From Candidatus Babelota bacterium (lineage in GTDB: Bacteria > Babelota > Babeliae > Babelales > Vermiphilaceae), in the NCBI GenBank assembly GCA_039809905.1, contig JBDHVY010000001.1:510001-542000 (forward strand): a DNA stretch of 32,000 bases. Direction: 5' to 3'. The position numbers and the translations under genes were made by a program. The notes beneath the pieces are model-generated. The model saw nothing but the letters and a program-made list of their open reading frames with translations, was not told the DNA's origin and did not search any database. Of this stretch, positions 8,669 through 18,800 are shown piece after piece (the first letter of the stretch is position 1; every line of letters starts with the position of its first letter).

Positions 8669-11600
8669 ATGAAACATTTTAATAGATTATGTATCTTTTT
8701 AATGGGGCTTTTAATCAATTTCTCCATAGCATGGAGCATGGATCGATCTTCCTTGCTTGGATCATTAGAATCCCCTCAAGTTCTTTCTAAAGCTGCTAAT
8801 AAACCAAATGATGATGTAGATAAGGCCATTATAAATCAAGACTCTCGTTATTTCCAGAATGATCTTAAAGCATTAATCAACGCTATTCCTTACTATACAA
8901 CACATGCTAAGGATAATAATACATCAAAACAAAACGCCCTAAATGCACTACAACTTTTGTATTTTCATCCTAAAAGTACGAATCACGATCTTATTCTCAA
9001 TGCTTTAAATGAAATAGCAGGAAATCAATCGATTTCACCCGACAATATGCAAAAGATTTTGCAACCATACCACCAGAAACAAGCTCCTCAATTGAAGCAA
9101 CCCTCACAACTAGCACGAGCACCGCAAATCAAAAAAAATGAAACGTCAAATTTTGATACAAAAATTTCTGACATTGAAAATGAGCTTGAAAACATTCAAA
9201 AAAACACAGTTCTAACTAAAAAAGAAAAGTTGCAACAAATAGAACATTTGTATAAAGAACTTGATTTAATCAGGTCTCGCTCTTTAAAAACAACAATCCC
9301 TAAATCAGCACCTTCAAAAATACAAATGTCCAATTGGGTTAGAATAGAAAAAGCTTTACAACAAGCTTATGAAAATATCAAAAACCCTCAAGCAACAACT
9401 TTTGCCTTGCAGTCTTCTGGTTTTCAAGATCAAGATAGATCTCAAGGATCATCACTCAACCAACTAGAAGAATCAATGTTTTATGAACCATCAGAAAATG
9501 AGCTCCTTGAAGAACTCAATATTACCGCTAGCAACATTATTAACAATTTAGAATGGTTACTTAAGATATCTAAGATTGAAAATGTTGATGAAATAAAGCA
9601 TCAACTTGGAAATATCCAGAAAATAAAACAACAGGTCCACGATTTTATTTTTCGTATGGTTCAACAAATTACCAATATAGAAAACATCCCTGTTAATTCA
9701 AAACGTTTAATTGATTTACAAGACATACGGCGAAAAATCAATGCTTTTGTTCCAGGACAAAAGTTAGATATAGAACTGCTTATAACTGAAGTAAAAGCAA
9801 TACAACAAATAACAATCGATAACATAAAAAACAAAGACTCTTTACAGGATCTTGGGACAAGCGCTCTTAGAATAAATGCAGCTGTAGAAAATTTAGAAAA
9901 AAAACGTATAAGAAAAGATAGAAGAACTGTTGTAGCAAGATTAAAGCAAGAGCATGAAGCTCTCAAAGAAATTGCTATTCCCATACAAGAAGATTTTAAA
10001 AGACCTATAACTGAAAGAATTTTCTCTCTAAAAGTTGGTGAAAAATATATAAATTTATTAAAACAACATATTGCAACACTAGAAGAATACGTAGATCTTC
10101 GACCAAGACTTAGAGAAAAAACTAAAGAAAATATTAAAAAGAATAGAGATACACTCGAAATTGCAATGAACCAGATATACAAATTTAAATATCCTTCAAT
10201 GCAAAAACCATGGATTATGGATATTTTTGATCAGATTAATCAGGCAGTACTGCTCAATAACGCAAAGCTGTTTAGAGAAGCGATTGAATCTTACAATAAA
10301 AAACTTTTTGTTTCAAAAACTAAATTTGAGGAATTAAATACAGCTGATGACTTTAAAAGAGAAACAATAAAAGCTTATGCTCAATCTTTATCTAAAACAT
10401 TGTCTCCCACGCAAGATACCATTCGAAAGAATGCTGCTCAATTAATTCCGCCTTATCTCGATCAATTATACAGCTATCAATTAGAAGAAAAAAATGTTGC
10501 TATGATTGAATTGGAAAAAGAGACTATTTTAAAAATCATTGCTTGTATATTCGATACTCCTAGTAATCCGTATGCGAACTTAATTAAAGATATTATTTCT
10601 TCTGAGCGGATATTAGATATAGAAAAAAGACACACATGTCTTCTTCTTGTGAATAAACAAGGAAATTTTTATCCAAAACTAAAATCTGCTGCTGTTCAAG
10701 AAATTATTGATAACATTGCAAAAGATTATAATGTATCATCTCATCAACAAAACTTTAAGCAACAACAAGATCAATTTATTGCTCAAGCTATAAAATGCCT
10801 TACTATCTTACCAACAATGGAACCAATACTTTCAGGAACATTACCAATCTCTAGAATTGGTGATAGTGAGATGGAAGATTATTTAGATAAAATAGAATTA
10901 TTAAATCGAAATATTAATGATTCTTCTATAAAAGAAAAGCTAGAAAAAATTTCAAAAGACATCTTGGATGAAAGTACAAAACGATTAAATGTTCGTATCA
11001 TTACACCTGTAACACCAGAAGAACCGAAAAAAGAAGAACCAACTAACCCAGAGATTACAACTTCTAGTAGTTCCGAAGAAAATCCATCGATTGAAGAAGA
11101 ACTCCCAAATGTTAATTGGAGTGATTTTGAGGAAATGGTTGCAGCACAACAAGAACCTACAAAGCCTACAAAATCAATGGTTGCTGTGCCAGCAAATGAA
11201 TCACCCGAAGGGGAACCTCAAGCTGAACAAAAAGCTATTATTAAGCCTAATGTTCCACAAATACCAACTGAACCTAAGCCAGAACCAAAACACGAATTGA
11301 GTAGAGAAATAGAACAAGCTGAACCTGGAACAGAACAAAAATCAGAGCCAACTGAATCTGACGCAGAAAAAATATTCGATATTTCTGAAGGAAAACCTGA
11401 ATGGTGGGGAAAATCGGAACGTCGCCCAGCTCAACCTGCGGTTGAAACAAATGAACAACCAAAACCTTATGAATGGGAAAAAATAGATAAACTTTATCCT
11501 CAACCAGAAACATCTAATACACCAGAATTACCAACCAACCAGTCATCATGGAAATCTATGTTGGATTCTACCTGGAAGTATATATCAACTAATGCTTATA

Positions 11601-11698
11601 GATGGTTCTTCGGAGATCAACAAAAATCAGAGCCTTATGAGTGGGTAAGACCTTATCAATGGGAAAAAATAGATAAACTTTATCCTCAACCAGAATAA
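8669..11698 (+). CDS. Very large secreted helical/coiled-coil hypothetical protein with repetitive acidic/Pro-rich C-terminus
   Basis: Internal start ATG 8669 gives signal peptide MKHFNRLCIFLMGLLINFSIAWSMD; long continuous ORF; C-terminal repeats YEWEKIDKLYPQPE. Confidence 0.85.
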   Translation: MKHFNRLCIFLMGLLINFSIAWSMDRSSLLGSLESPQVLSKAANKPNDDVDKAIINQDSRYFQNDLKALINAIPYYTTHAKDNNTSKQNALNALQLLYFHPKSTNHDLILNALNEIAGNQSISPDNMQKILQPYHQKQAPQLKQPSQLARAPQIKKNETSNFDTKISDIENELENIQKNTVLTKKEKLQQIEHLYKELDLIRSRSLKTTIPKSAPSKIQMSNWVRIEKALQQAYENIKNPQATTFALQSSGFQDQDRSQGSSLNQLEESMFYEPSENELLEELNITASNIINNLEWLLKISKIENVDEIKHQLGNIQKIKQQVHDFIFRMVQQITNIENIPVNSKRLIDLQDIRRKINAFVPGQKLDIELLITEVKAIQQITIDNIKNKDSLQDLGTSALRINAAVENLEKKRIRKDRRTVVARLKQEHEALKEIAIPIQEDFKRPITERIFSLKVGEKYINLLKQHIATLEEYVDLRPRLREKTKENIKKNRDTLEIAMNQIYKFKYPSMQKPWIMDIFDQINQAVLLNNAKLFREAIESYNKKLFVSKTKFEELNTADDFKRETIKAYAQSLSKTLSPTQDTIRKNAAQLIPPYLDQLYSYQLEEKNVAMIELEKETILKIIACIFDTPSNPYANLIKDIISSERILDIEKRHTCLLLVNKQGNFYPKLKSAAVQEIIDNIAKDYNVSSHQQNFKQQQDQFIAQAIKCLTILPTMEPILSGTLPISRIGDSEMEDYLDKIELLNRNINDSSIKEKLEKISKDILDESTKRLNVRIITPVTPEEPKKEEPTNPEITTSSSSEENPSIEEELPNVNWSDFEEMVAAQQEPTKPTKSMVAVPANESPEGEPQAEQKAIIKPNVPQIPTEPKPEPKHELSREIEQAEPGTEQKSEPTESDAEKIFDISEGKPEWWGKSERRPAQPAVETNEQPKPYEWEKIDKLYPQPETSNTPELPTNQSSWKSMLDSTWKYISTNAYRWFFGDQQKSEPYEWVRPYQWEKIDKLYPQPE

Positions 11699-11746
11699 CC
11701 TAAAAACCAAAACCCTAAACGATTGGTATAGGCTGATATAAAAAAC

Positions 11747-11792
11747 AACATTGTGCAAAATTTAAAAAAACTCTTAAATTTTGCACAATGTT
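11747..11792. terminator. Perfect 19-bp stem, 8-nt loop hairpin downstream of the 8669-11698 gene
   Basis: AACATTGTGCAAAATTTAA-AAAAACTC-TTAAATTTTGCACAATGTT; no clear T-tract. Confidence 0.6.
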
Positions 11793-11925
11793 ATCAAATC
11801 ATTATGGATTCATTTGACTTAAATCCAATAGAAAGTTGGTTATTAATCAAGTTTTTGACATATCATAAAAAAAAAATCTATCATGATAATAAGTCAATAT
11901 AATAATTTTCTAAAGCAAAATCCCC

Positions 11926-14340
11926 ATGAAATATGTTTTTTTGATTATCATAGCAACATTATTTTCTACGTGTCAAAGTATGGATACATCAAAAGATTTT
12001 GTTTCAAAAATCTTGAATTTAACCCACACATGCATTAATGCTAATCAAGCAGATTTAAAAAATTGGGCAGCTGATGAGCAAAACCCTCTTTATACATTAC
12101 AATCAATGCTTGCAAAAGAAATGCCTTCTTTAGAGGCACATGCACCAATTGTATCTGCCAGCCTGTGTGATTTAAATCCCACCAACAAACTGTTATTGCA
12201 AAAAATAAGTATTATAAAAATTAAACAAAAAGATGACCAAACATATACTCTCGCAAAACAATATCTGAGAAATTTTCGATTAATTATTGTAAAACACAAT
12301 AATTTGATATCAGAAGAAAAAAATGCTCTTGGTAAAAAGAGCTCAAGCTTAGACATCTCTCAAACAGCAAAAACTGAAAACGTTGCTTATGCAAAACAAT
12401 TAATTGGAACTTCTGATCCTAGATTATTAGTTTTCGTACCTGATGAACTTGATCTTATGACACAATTAAGTGAACAACGATTAGATTTCAATACACGTAA
12501 AGAAAATAGTAAACAACCTTCAATTCAATGGTTACGAAAACAAAAAGAAATACTAGAGGAGTATCTATCTATTCAAACAGAATACACAAGCATCAATCCC
12601 ATTTTAAGTGATGAAAGAAAAAATGAACGATACAAAGTAGAATTAGAAAAAACAAAATTAGCAATACAAAAACACTTTATAAAAAACAGTATAAAAAAAG
12701 CAGCTGAAGCTTTTAATAAAAAACCTACTGATGAATTATTGTGCGATTACAGAGAACAACTCGAAAAATTACAAAAAATATCACCATCACCTGAAAAGGC
12801 AGAAATTCTAAAGGAAATACATTCCAAATTTTTTAATAAAATAACAGACGAGCTTGTTATTAAAGCAAAAAGCCCTTTATCGGCATTAAGAGATCAAAAA
12901 AAATATATTACTATTGATGCATTAAGAACTGTTGGGCTCATAATTGCTTTAGCTGACATCATTGAAGATACAGATCAAGAGCAAAAACAAAAAATTAAAG
13001 ATCTAGCACAGGAATCTTTTTTATTAAAAAAAAATCTTGCTCATCATTCTTTAATGCTCTACCCCTTGGAAATTCCATCCATGATAACTCAATGGGCTGA
13101 TTTTTACAGAGCATGTCTGAAAATTTGTGAAATTATTCCAGATTTTCCTATGCCATTTCCACATGTATTAGAGGAAAACACTGAAAATTTTAATGTTTTT
13201 TTTTCCAAAAACCAATATGCAGAAATTTTTAATATTACTCTTTTTCAACTGATAGAAATGTTTCCCTATGAAGGCAACAATGAAAACGCTATTTCGCCGA
13301 AATCCCATGCCTATAGTGAACTTTGTACAACATTATGCAAACAGCTTGCACTCTTGGAGAATGTACATTCTATCGTTGATGAAAACACTGTATTTAAGGA
13401 CCTTTTTGATATTATAAAAAAAGTAACATGGTGTAGAAACGCATATGGTACAAATATTGTTACCATTAATAAAATTATAGAACATTGCAACCTAATAGCT
13501 GAAAATTGCACCAATGTTCTTATCGAAAATATAAAAAGCAATAGTGATATGTACGTAGACTCAAATACTCATGACCTTGTAAAATACTATTTTTATGATG
13601 GAGCATGTACATTTGATTTGCACTATCAACGAGCATTAGCCGCTTTAGAAGATAAAGAACAAAAAGAAAAACAAAAAGCTCGTATACGAGAAGAAAAAAG
13701 AAAGCATGATGATGAAGAAGCTCAGAAAAAATATGCTCTTGCAGCAGCCATCAGACAACAAGAGATTTTAAGCAAATTAAAACCATATCAATCTGAAAAT
13801 CTTATACCACGAAAAATAGCTGACTTACAAATAAACATAAAAAACTTGATATCTTTACTCAGAGATGCTCCACAGCACGCACAAGTAATAGAGATATGCC
13901 ATAAGTATTTTGAAGAACTAAAAAAACAGATATCATCACATAATCTTGAACCTAAAGATATCGTTGATTATTTTCAACAATACAAAGCAATAAACAATAT
14001 AACAACTAACAATTCATTAAAAACATCTTATACCAATATACTCTTTGCATTCCTCAACAGATTATTACAGATGATAAAAATACGCAGCGGAGAATTCAAT
14101 AGTAAATCTGAAGCACAAAGATTATCTTTATATGAAAAATATCTTTCTGCCATAAATATAGATACTCCCGACCTCAAAGACCTTCTTGAGCAATTGCCCA
14201 CTGCTTGCAAAGATACAACGAATGAAAAAATCATGGGTATTCTAACCTCGCGATACACTATGTATGCTTTTATTGGACTCATTGTCGTAGGCTTGGCACA
14301 ATGGCAATTCAATCTCAATCATGCACTAGGAATCGGCTGA
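11926..14340 (+). CDS. Large secreted/membrane helical hypothetical protein with C-terminal TM segment
   Basis: Signal peptide MKYVFLIIIATLFSTCQSMD; Lys/Glu-rich coiled-coil-like body; YTMYAFIGLIVVGLAQWQF at the C-terminus. Confidence 0.85.
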   Translation: MKYVFLIIIATLFSTCQSMDTSKDFVSKILNLTHTCINANQADLKNWAADEQNPLYTLQSMLAKEMPSLEAHAPIVSASLCDLNPTNKLLLQKISIIKIKQKDDQTYTLAKQYLRNFRLIIVKHNNLISEEKNALGKKSSSLDISQTAKTENVAYAKQLIGTSDPRLLVFVPDELDLMTQLSEQRLDFNTRKENSKQPSIQWLRKQKEILEEYLSIQTEYTSINPILSDERKNERYKVELEKTKLAIQKHFIKNSIKKAAEAFNKKPTDELLCDYREQLEKLQKISPSPEKAEILKEIHSKFFNKITDELVIKAKSPLSALRDQKKYITIDALRTVGLIIALADIIEDTDQEQKQKIKDLAQESFLLKKNLAHHSLMLYPLEIPSMITQWADFYRACLKICEIIPDFPMPFPHVLEENTENFNVFFSKNQYAEIFNITLFQLIEMFPYEGNNENAISPKSHAYSELCTTLCKQLALLENVHSIVDENTVFKDLFDIIKKVTWCRNAYGTNIVTINKIIEHCNLIAENCTNVLIENIKSNSDMYVDSNTHDLVKYYFYDGACTFDLHYQRALAALEDKEQKEKQKARIREEKRKHDDEEAQKKYALAAAIRQQEILSKLKPYQSENLIPRKIADLQINIKNLISLLRDAPQHAQVIEICHKYFEELKKQISSHNLEPKDIVDYFQQYKAINNITTNNSLKTSYTNILFAFLNRLLQMIKIRSGEFNSKSEAQRLSLYEKYLSAINIDTPDLKDLLEQLPTACKDTTNEKIMGILTSRYTMYAFIGLIVVGLAQWQFNLNHALGIG

Positions 14341-15779
14341 TATAAAAAACAAGATTGAGTAAGATCTAAAAACTTTTTTAGATCTTGCTCAATCTTATTA
14401 AATAGTTCTTCTTTAGCAATTACTCCATTAAACAATTTCTGTACCTCAGCTGTTCCCATTGCTTTATTAAATGCTGCAGAAAAAGAAAATGGTATTTCTT
14501 CTTTTTTAAAAAATTCTAATATCGCAATGAATAATTCAAAAGAACGTAATTGACTGATATCAGAAAACTCCAAACGTAATCCTTTGCTCTTGCGATTATT
14601 TTTTGGATTTGTGTGATGATACAAAAAACTTTTTACCCCAAATGAACTAAACACCTTTTGTAATCGTCTCCATACATCTTGCGATATATTCATGTGCTTT
14701 GGTAATGCAATACATCTAAATGCCATATTAGTGCCAACACCTACATCAAAAGGTTCCACTTCACCTAAAAGACCCAGAAAACTATATCCATAACATGATT
14801 GTAATGATTGCAAATTAGGAGATAATTGATGAATAAATGTACCCATAAATCCTTTACTGCGATCATATTCTTGCATTGGTATAATAGATAAAGAAAGAGG
14901 TTTATCAATGATATTTTTATTAAAATAAGTAGCTAATTCGCCAATCGTCATGCCATGCCGCAATGGAATAGATGCAATGGAAATGAATGATATTAAATCT
15001 GGCTGCACCAATGGTCCTTGCATCAAAGAACCTAAAGGATTGGGGCGATCCAACACTATATATTGTTTTTTATATTCTGCAGCAATTTTCATGGTATTAA
15101 GCAAGGTAGAAATATAGGTATAATGGCGCATACCAGAATCTTGAATATCAAATATCAAGCAATCAAGTTCATTCATATGTTCAGCTGAAATCATTTTACC
15201 TGAACCATTACCATACAAACTCAAAACAGGAATTTTTGTTTTTTTATCAACAGAATCATGAACATCACGTTCAGCAAGAGTACCATTCAAACCATGCTCT
15301 GGTACAAAAATATATTTTACTGCAATGCCTTCATGCGCAAGAATATCAACAGTACGTTTTCCTTTTTGATCAACACCCGTTTGATTAGTAATTAATCCAA
15401 TAACACACGATTCTTTTTTTGCATCAGTACATATTGTTTGTATTAATGATGTTGGAATATTTTCAACACCCAGTTTGAATGCAGCATGTGCGTTAAAGAA
15501 AATGAAAAATATGGTATATGTGTGCAGTAACTGAAAGTTTGCTCTAAAAATAACTCTCTTCTTATCTAAATTTATTCCTTGTCCGCTCGCCCTGAACGCA
15601 GTGTTGACTGCTGAGCATAGTCGAAGCATCAGGGCGAGCGCAGAGAGTCTGAACATAATATTGCTCACTGAATTCAATCGAAGCATCAGGACAGACACAA
15701 AAATAAAAATAAAGACATTAGATAATTTTGGACTTTTTAATAAATTCGCATTCATAAGCATTTCCCTTATTATATGCAA
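14319..15779 (-). CDS. DUF1343 family protein (COG3876; NamZ-like exo-beta-N-acetylmuramidase family), unusual N-terminal extension
   Basis: VIGLITNQTGVDQKGKRTVDIL, YIFVPEHGLNG, LDCLIFDIQDSGMRHYTYISTL, LDRPNPLGS, SIPLRHGMTIGELA. ATGs near 15767/15773 preceded by AAGGGA; N-terminus includes repeat-derived sequence. Confidence 0.85.
   Translation of the reverse strand: MHIIREMLMNANLLKSPKLSNVFIFIFVSVLMLRLNSVSNIMFRLSALALMLRLCSAVNTAFRASGQGINLDKKRVIFRANFQLLHTYTIFFIFFNAHAAFKLGVENIPTSLIQTICTDAKKESCVIGLITNQTGVDQKGKRTVDILAHEGIAVKYIFVPEHGLNGTLAERDVHDSVDKKTKIPVLSLYGNGSGKMISAEHMNELDCLIFDIQDSGMRHYTYISTLLNTMKIAAEYKKQYIVLDRPNPLGSLMQGPLVQPDLISFISIASIPLRHGMTIGELATYFNKNIIDKPLSLSIIPMQEYDRSKGFMGTFIHQLSPNLQSLQSCYGYSFLGLLGEVEPFDVGVGTNMAFRCIALPKHMNISQDVWRRLQKVFSSFGVKSFLYHHTNPKNNRKSKGLRLEFSDISQLRSFELFIAILEFFKKEEIPFSFSAAFNKAMGTAEVQKLFNGVIAKEELFNKIEQDLKKFLDLTQSCFLYQPIPSA
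14351..14396. terminator. 22-bp stem hairpin (one G-U/mismatch) after the 804-aa gene, inside the 3' end of the DUF1343 ORF
   Basis: AAGATTGAGTAAGATCTAAAAA-CT-TTTTTAGATCTTGCTCAATCTT. Confidence 0.65.
15584..15690. repeat. Palindromic repeat inserted within the DUF1343 ORF
   Basis: CGCTCGCCCTGA (15584-15595) / TCAGGGCGAGCG (15629-15640) 12-bp arms; TCGAAGCATCAGG occurs twice (15621-15633, 15678-15690), 57 nt apart. Confidence 0.7.
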
Positions 15780-15852
15780 TTCTTAACCTATTATTTTTAA
15801 AAAATAACAAATTACACTATACTACCTACCAATATTCAAAATAATCATCACT

Positions 15853-18800
15853 ATGCAAAAGGCTTTTATGCAAAAAATTAATCATCTGCTTCTGATAACA
15901 CTATTATGCCATGCTACTGCAGCTTTAGCAGAACAAGTCCCAACCTCAATATTTCAAGAAGCACGTAGCGGTAACGCACAAGCAATAAAAGAACGTCTTG
16001 AAGAATGGCAAGATTGTAGCGCAAAAGATGAAAATGGAAATACCGCTCTTCATATTGCAGCACAAAAAGGACATACAGAAATAGTTGATATGCTTACCAC
16101 AGAACAAAAATTTTTAGAATGGGATTGGAATTATCTGTGTTCATGGGTGCAAACACCAGCAAAATTACCCAACAAAAATGGAAAAAATAATGATGGCAAT
16201 ACACCATTGCATTGTTCTATTGAAGCGGGTCAAGAAAAAGCAACAGAATGCTTATTACAAAAAAATGTCGATACAAATATCTGCAATAATCAAGAATATG
16301 TTCCTTCATTCATGATACTTGCACAAGATAATCCGACATTGATTCCTCTTTTGAAACATCATAATTGTCTCAACAAAAAAGTTAAAGGTAATACCGTTTT
16401 ACATGTTGCAATTAAACAAAATAAACCACACATAGTAGAACGTTTATTAGATGAGCAATCTTTAGTTCACGAAAAAGATGCTGAAGGTAAAACAATTACA
16501 ACAATTGCTTTAGATGCAAGCAATATTCCTGTTTTAAACACATTAATTAAAAAGAATATTAACCTTAATGAACCAGATAAAGATGGTCAAAGACCAATGC
16601 ATCATGCCGCTCGTGATGGTAAATATGATATCCTCAACTTTCTTTTAGAACATAAAATTTCTCATAATGTGACTGATAAAGAAGGTAATACACCATTGCA
16701 TTATACTGCAATGTATAACCGTAAAAAGGAAATGGATCTTTTATTAGCACATACAGCCGATATACAGCAATGCAATAATGCGGGAGAAGATATATTCTTA
16801 ATTGCCGTTGATAAAAAGCATATAGATCTTGTAGAATATCTTGCTAAAAAACCCGGTATCAATATTAATATTCGCGATAAAAAAGGGCAGACTGCCTTTA
16901 TGCGAACAACCATAGCACAAGATTATACTGGTTCAAAAAAATTGTACGACCTTGGTGTTAATCTGCGTCTTACTGATTATGATCAAGAAAACGTACTTCA
17001 CAAAGCAGCCGCTCTTGGTAACGAGGATATTACAAAACTTGTTCTTAGCCGTGATAAAACATTGCTCGAAATTAAAAACAAACACGGTGAAACTCCTTTA
17101 TTTGTAGCAGTAAAAAATGGTCGCTATGCCATTTCTCAAGCATTGATACAACAATATGGCGCATCAATAAACAGCACCAATAATAATGGCGAAAATCCTC
17201 TGTTTGTTGCCATAGCAAAAGGTTATGAAACCTCCACAAAAATATTATTGCAAGCGGGAGCTTCAGTAAACACTAAAAATAAATTTGGCGAAACTCCACT
17301 ATTAGTAGCAGTAAAAAATGGCAGAGCCGAACTTGTTACATTATTAACACAACAATATAATGCACCAGTAAATATTACGAGCAACAATGGGTCTATTCCT
17401 CTGTTTATTGCCGTAGAAAATGGTTACCAAAATACCACGAAAGCGTTGCTCAAAGCTGGCGCATCTCTTCTTACTAAAAATAAAGAAGGTGAAAGCATTC
17501 TTCATGTTGCTGCACAACTATCAGATACTACTATATTGTCAGATCTCTTGAATCAACCCAATAAACCAGATATCAACATCCTCAATAGCGCCAAATTAAC
17601 ACCATTGCATTGCGCAGCACAATCTAATAATGTTGCAGGAATAAAATTATTAGAACAACACGGCGCAGGTTGGAATTATATAACTCCTCAAGGAAATACT
17701 ATTGCTCATTCCGCTATTGAGAAAAACGCTGTTAAAGCTCTTGATTATATAATTACAAGAGATCCACAGCTTCTTAATATTGAAAATAAAAGTGAACATA
17801 CTCCATTACTTTTAGCGGCTAAAATGAATGCTCTTTCTTGTGCAAAAAAAGCATTACGGGAAAAAGATTTTATAAATAAAGACATTGAACGAGCAATCAA
17901 TATAGCAATTCATTTTTCTCATCCTGATATGCGTCATTTCTTAGAAAGTGAAATCACGGATCGAAAAAATCGTCGCAGAAAAATAGGCAACATGTATCAT
18001 GAAATTGATTCCATAATCAGTGACAATCGCGCAACAGTTGCTACATTGGTACTGAAAAATATTATGAGCTCAAGAGAATACAATCCAGGTCTAGTAAACC
18101 ATTATACTGATCATCAATTATATCACATGACTGAAACTGAAATAATTGAAGTACATAACTACTATCTTGAACGTAAAAATAAGGAACTACAGTACAAAAA
18201 TGTTGTGACGCAACGATTAAATACCGTCTTGCAACAAGAAGCCGCGCAAAGAGAAGCTGAAAAAGAACTTAAACGTATTGCACGAGAAAGAGAACGCGCT
18301 GAAGAAGAAGCTCGCCTTCAACGCATTGAAGACCAAAAGCGCCGTGAACGTGAACTAAAAGAAAAACTTGAAAGAGAGGCTTTGCAAGCACAAAGAGCAC
18401 GCGAGTTAGAATTTAAACAAAAACAACTTGCAGAAGAACAAGCTCGCCTTGCACGTATCGAAGAACAAAATCGCCGTGATCGTGAGTTACGAGAAGCTCA
18501 AGAAAAAAAGACTGCCTTAGAAGCACAAAAAGCACGTGAATTAGAATTTAAGCAAAAACAAGAAGCGGAAGAAAAAGCTAAACAAGCTGCTCTCAAAGCA
18601 CAACAAGATGAAATAGATCGCCGCAATAAGGAAAAAGCCGCACAAGATGCATGGCAAGCAGACATGGTACGTAAACAAAAAGAAGTTACCGCTGCAATTG
18701 CTGCCGATAAAGAACGTGCACGTCAACAACAACATAGTAATGCCTTGGAAGGCCAGCATATACCACAGAATCTACAACCAAGTGCACCGCCAATGGAAAA

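Noticed and set aside
9661-10182. 173-aa minus-strand ORF inside the giant exported gene
   Set aside because: Hydrophobic reading of the complement of a Lys/Glu-rich coiled coil; no independent support.
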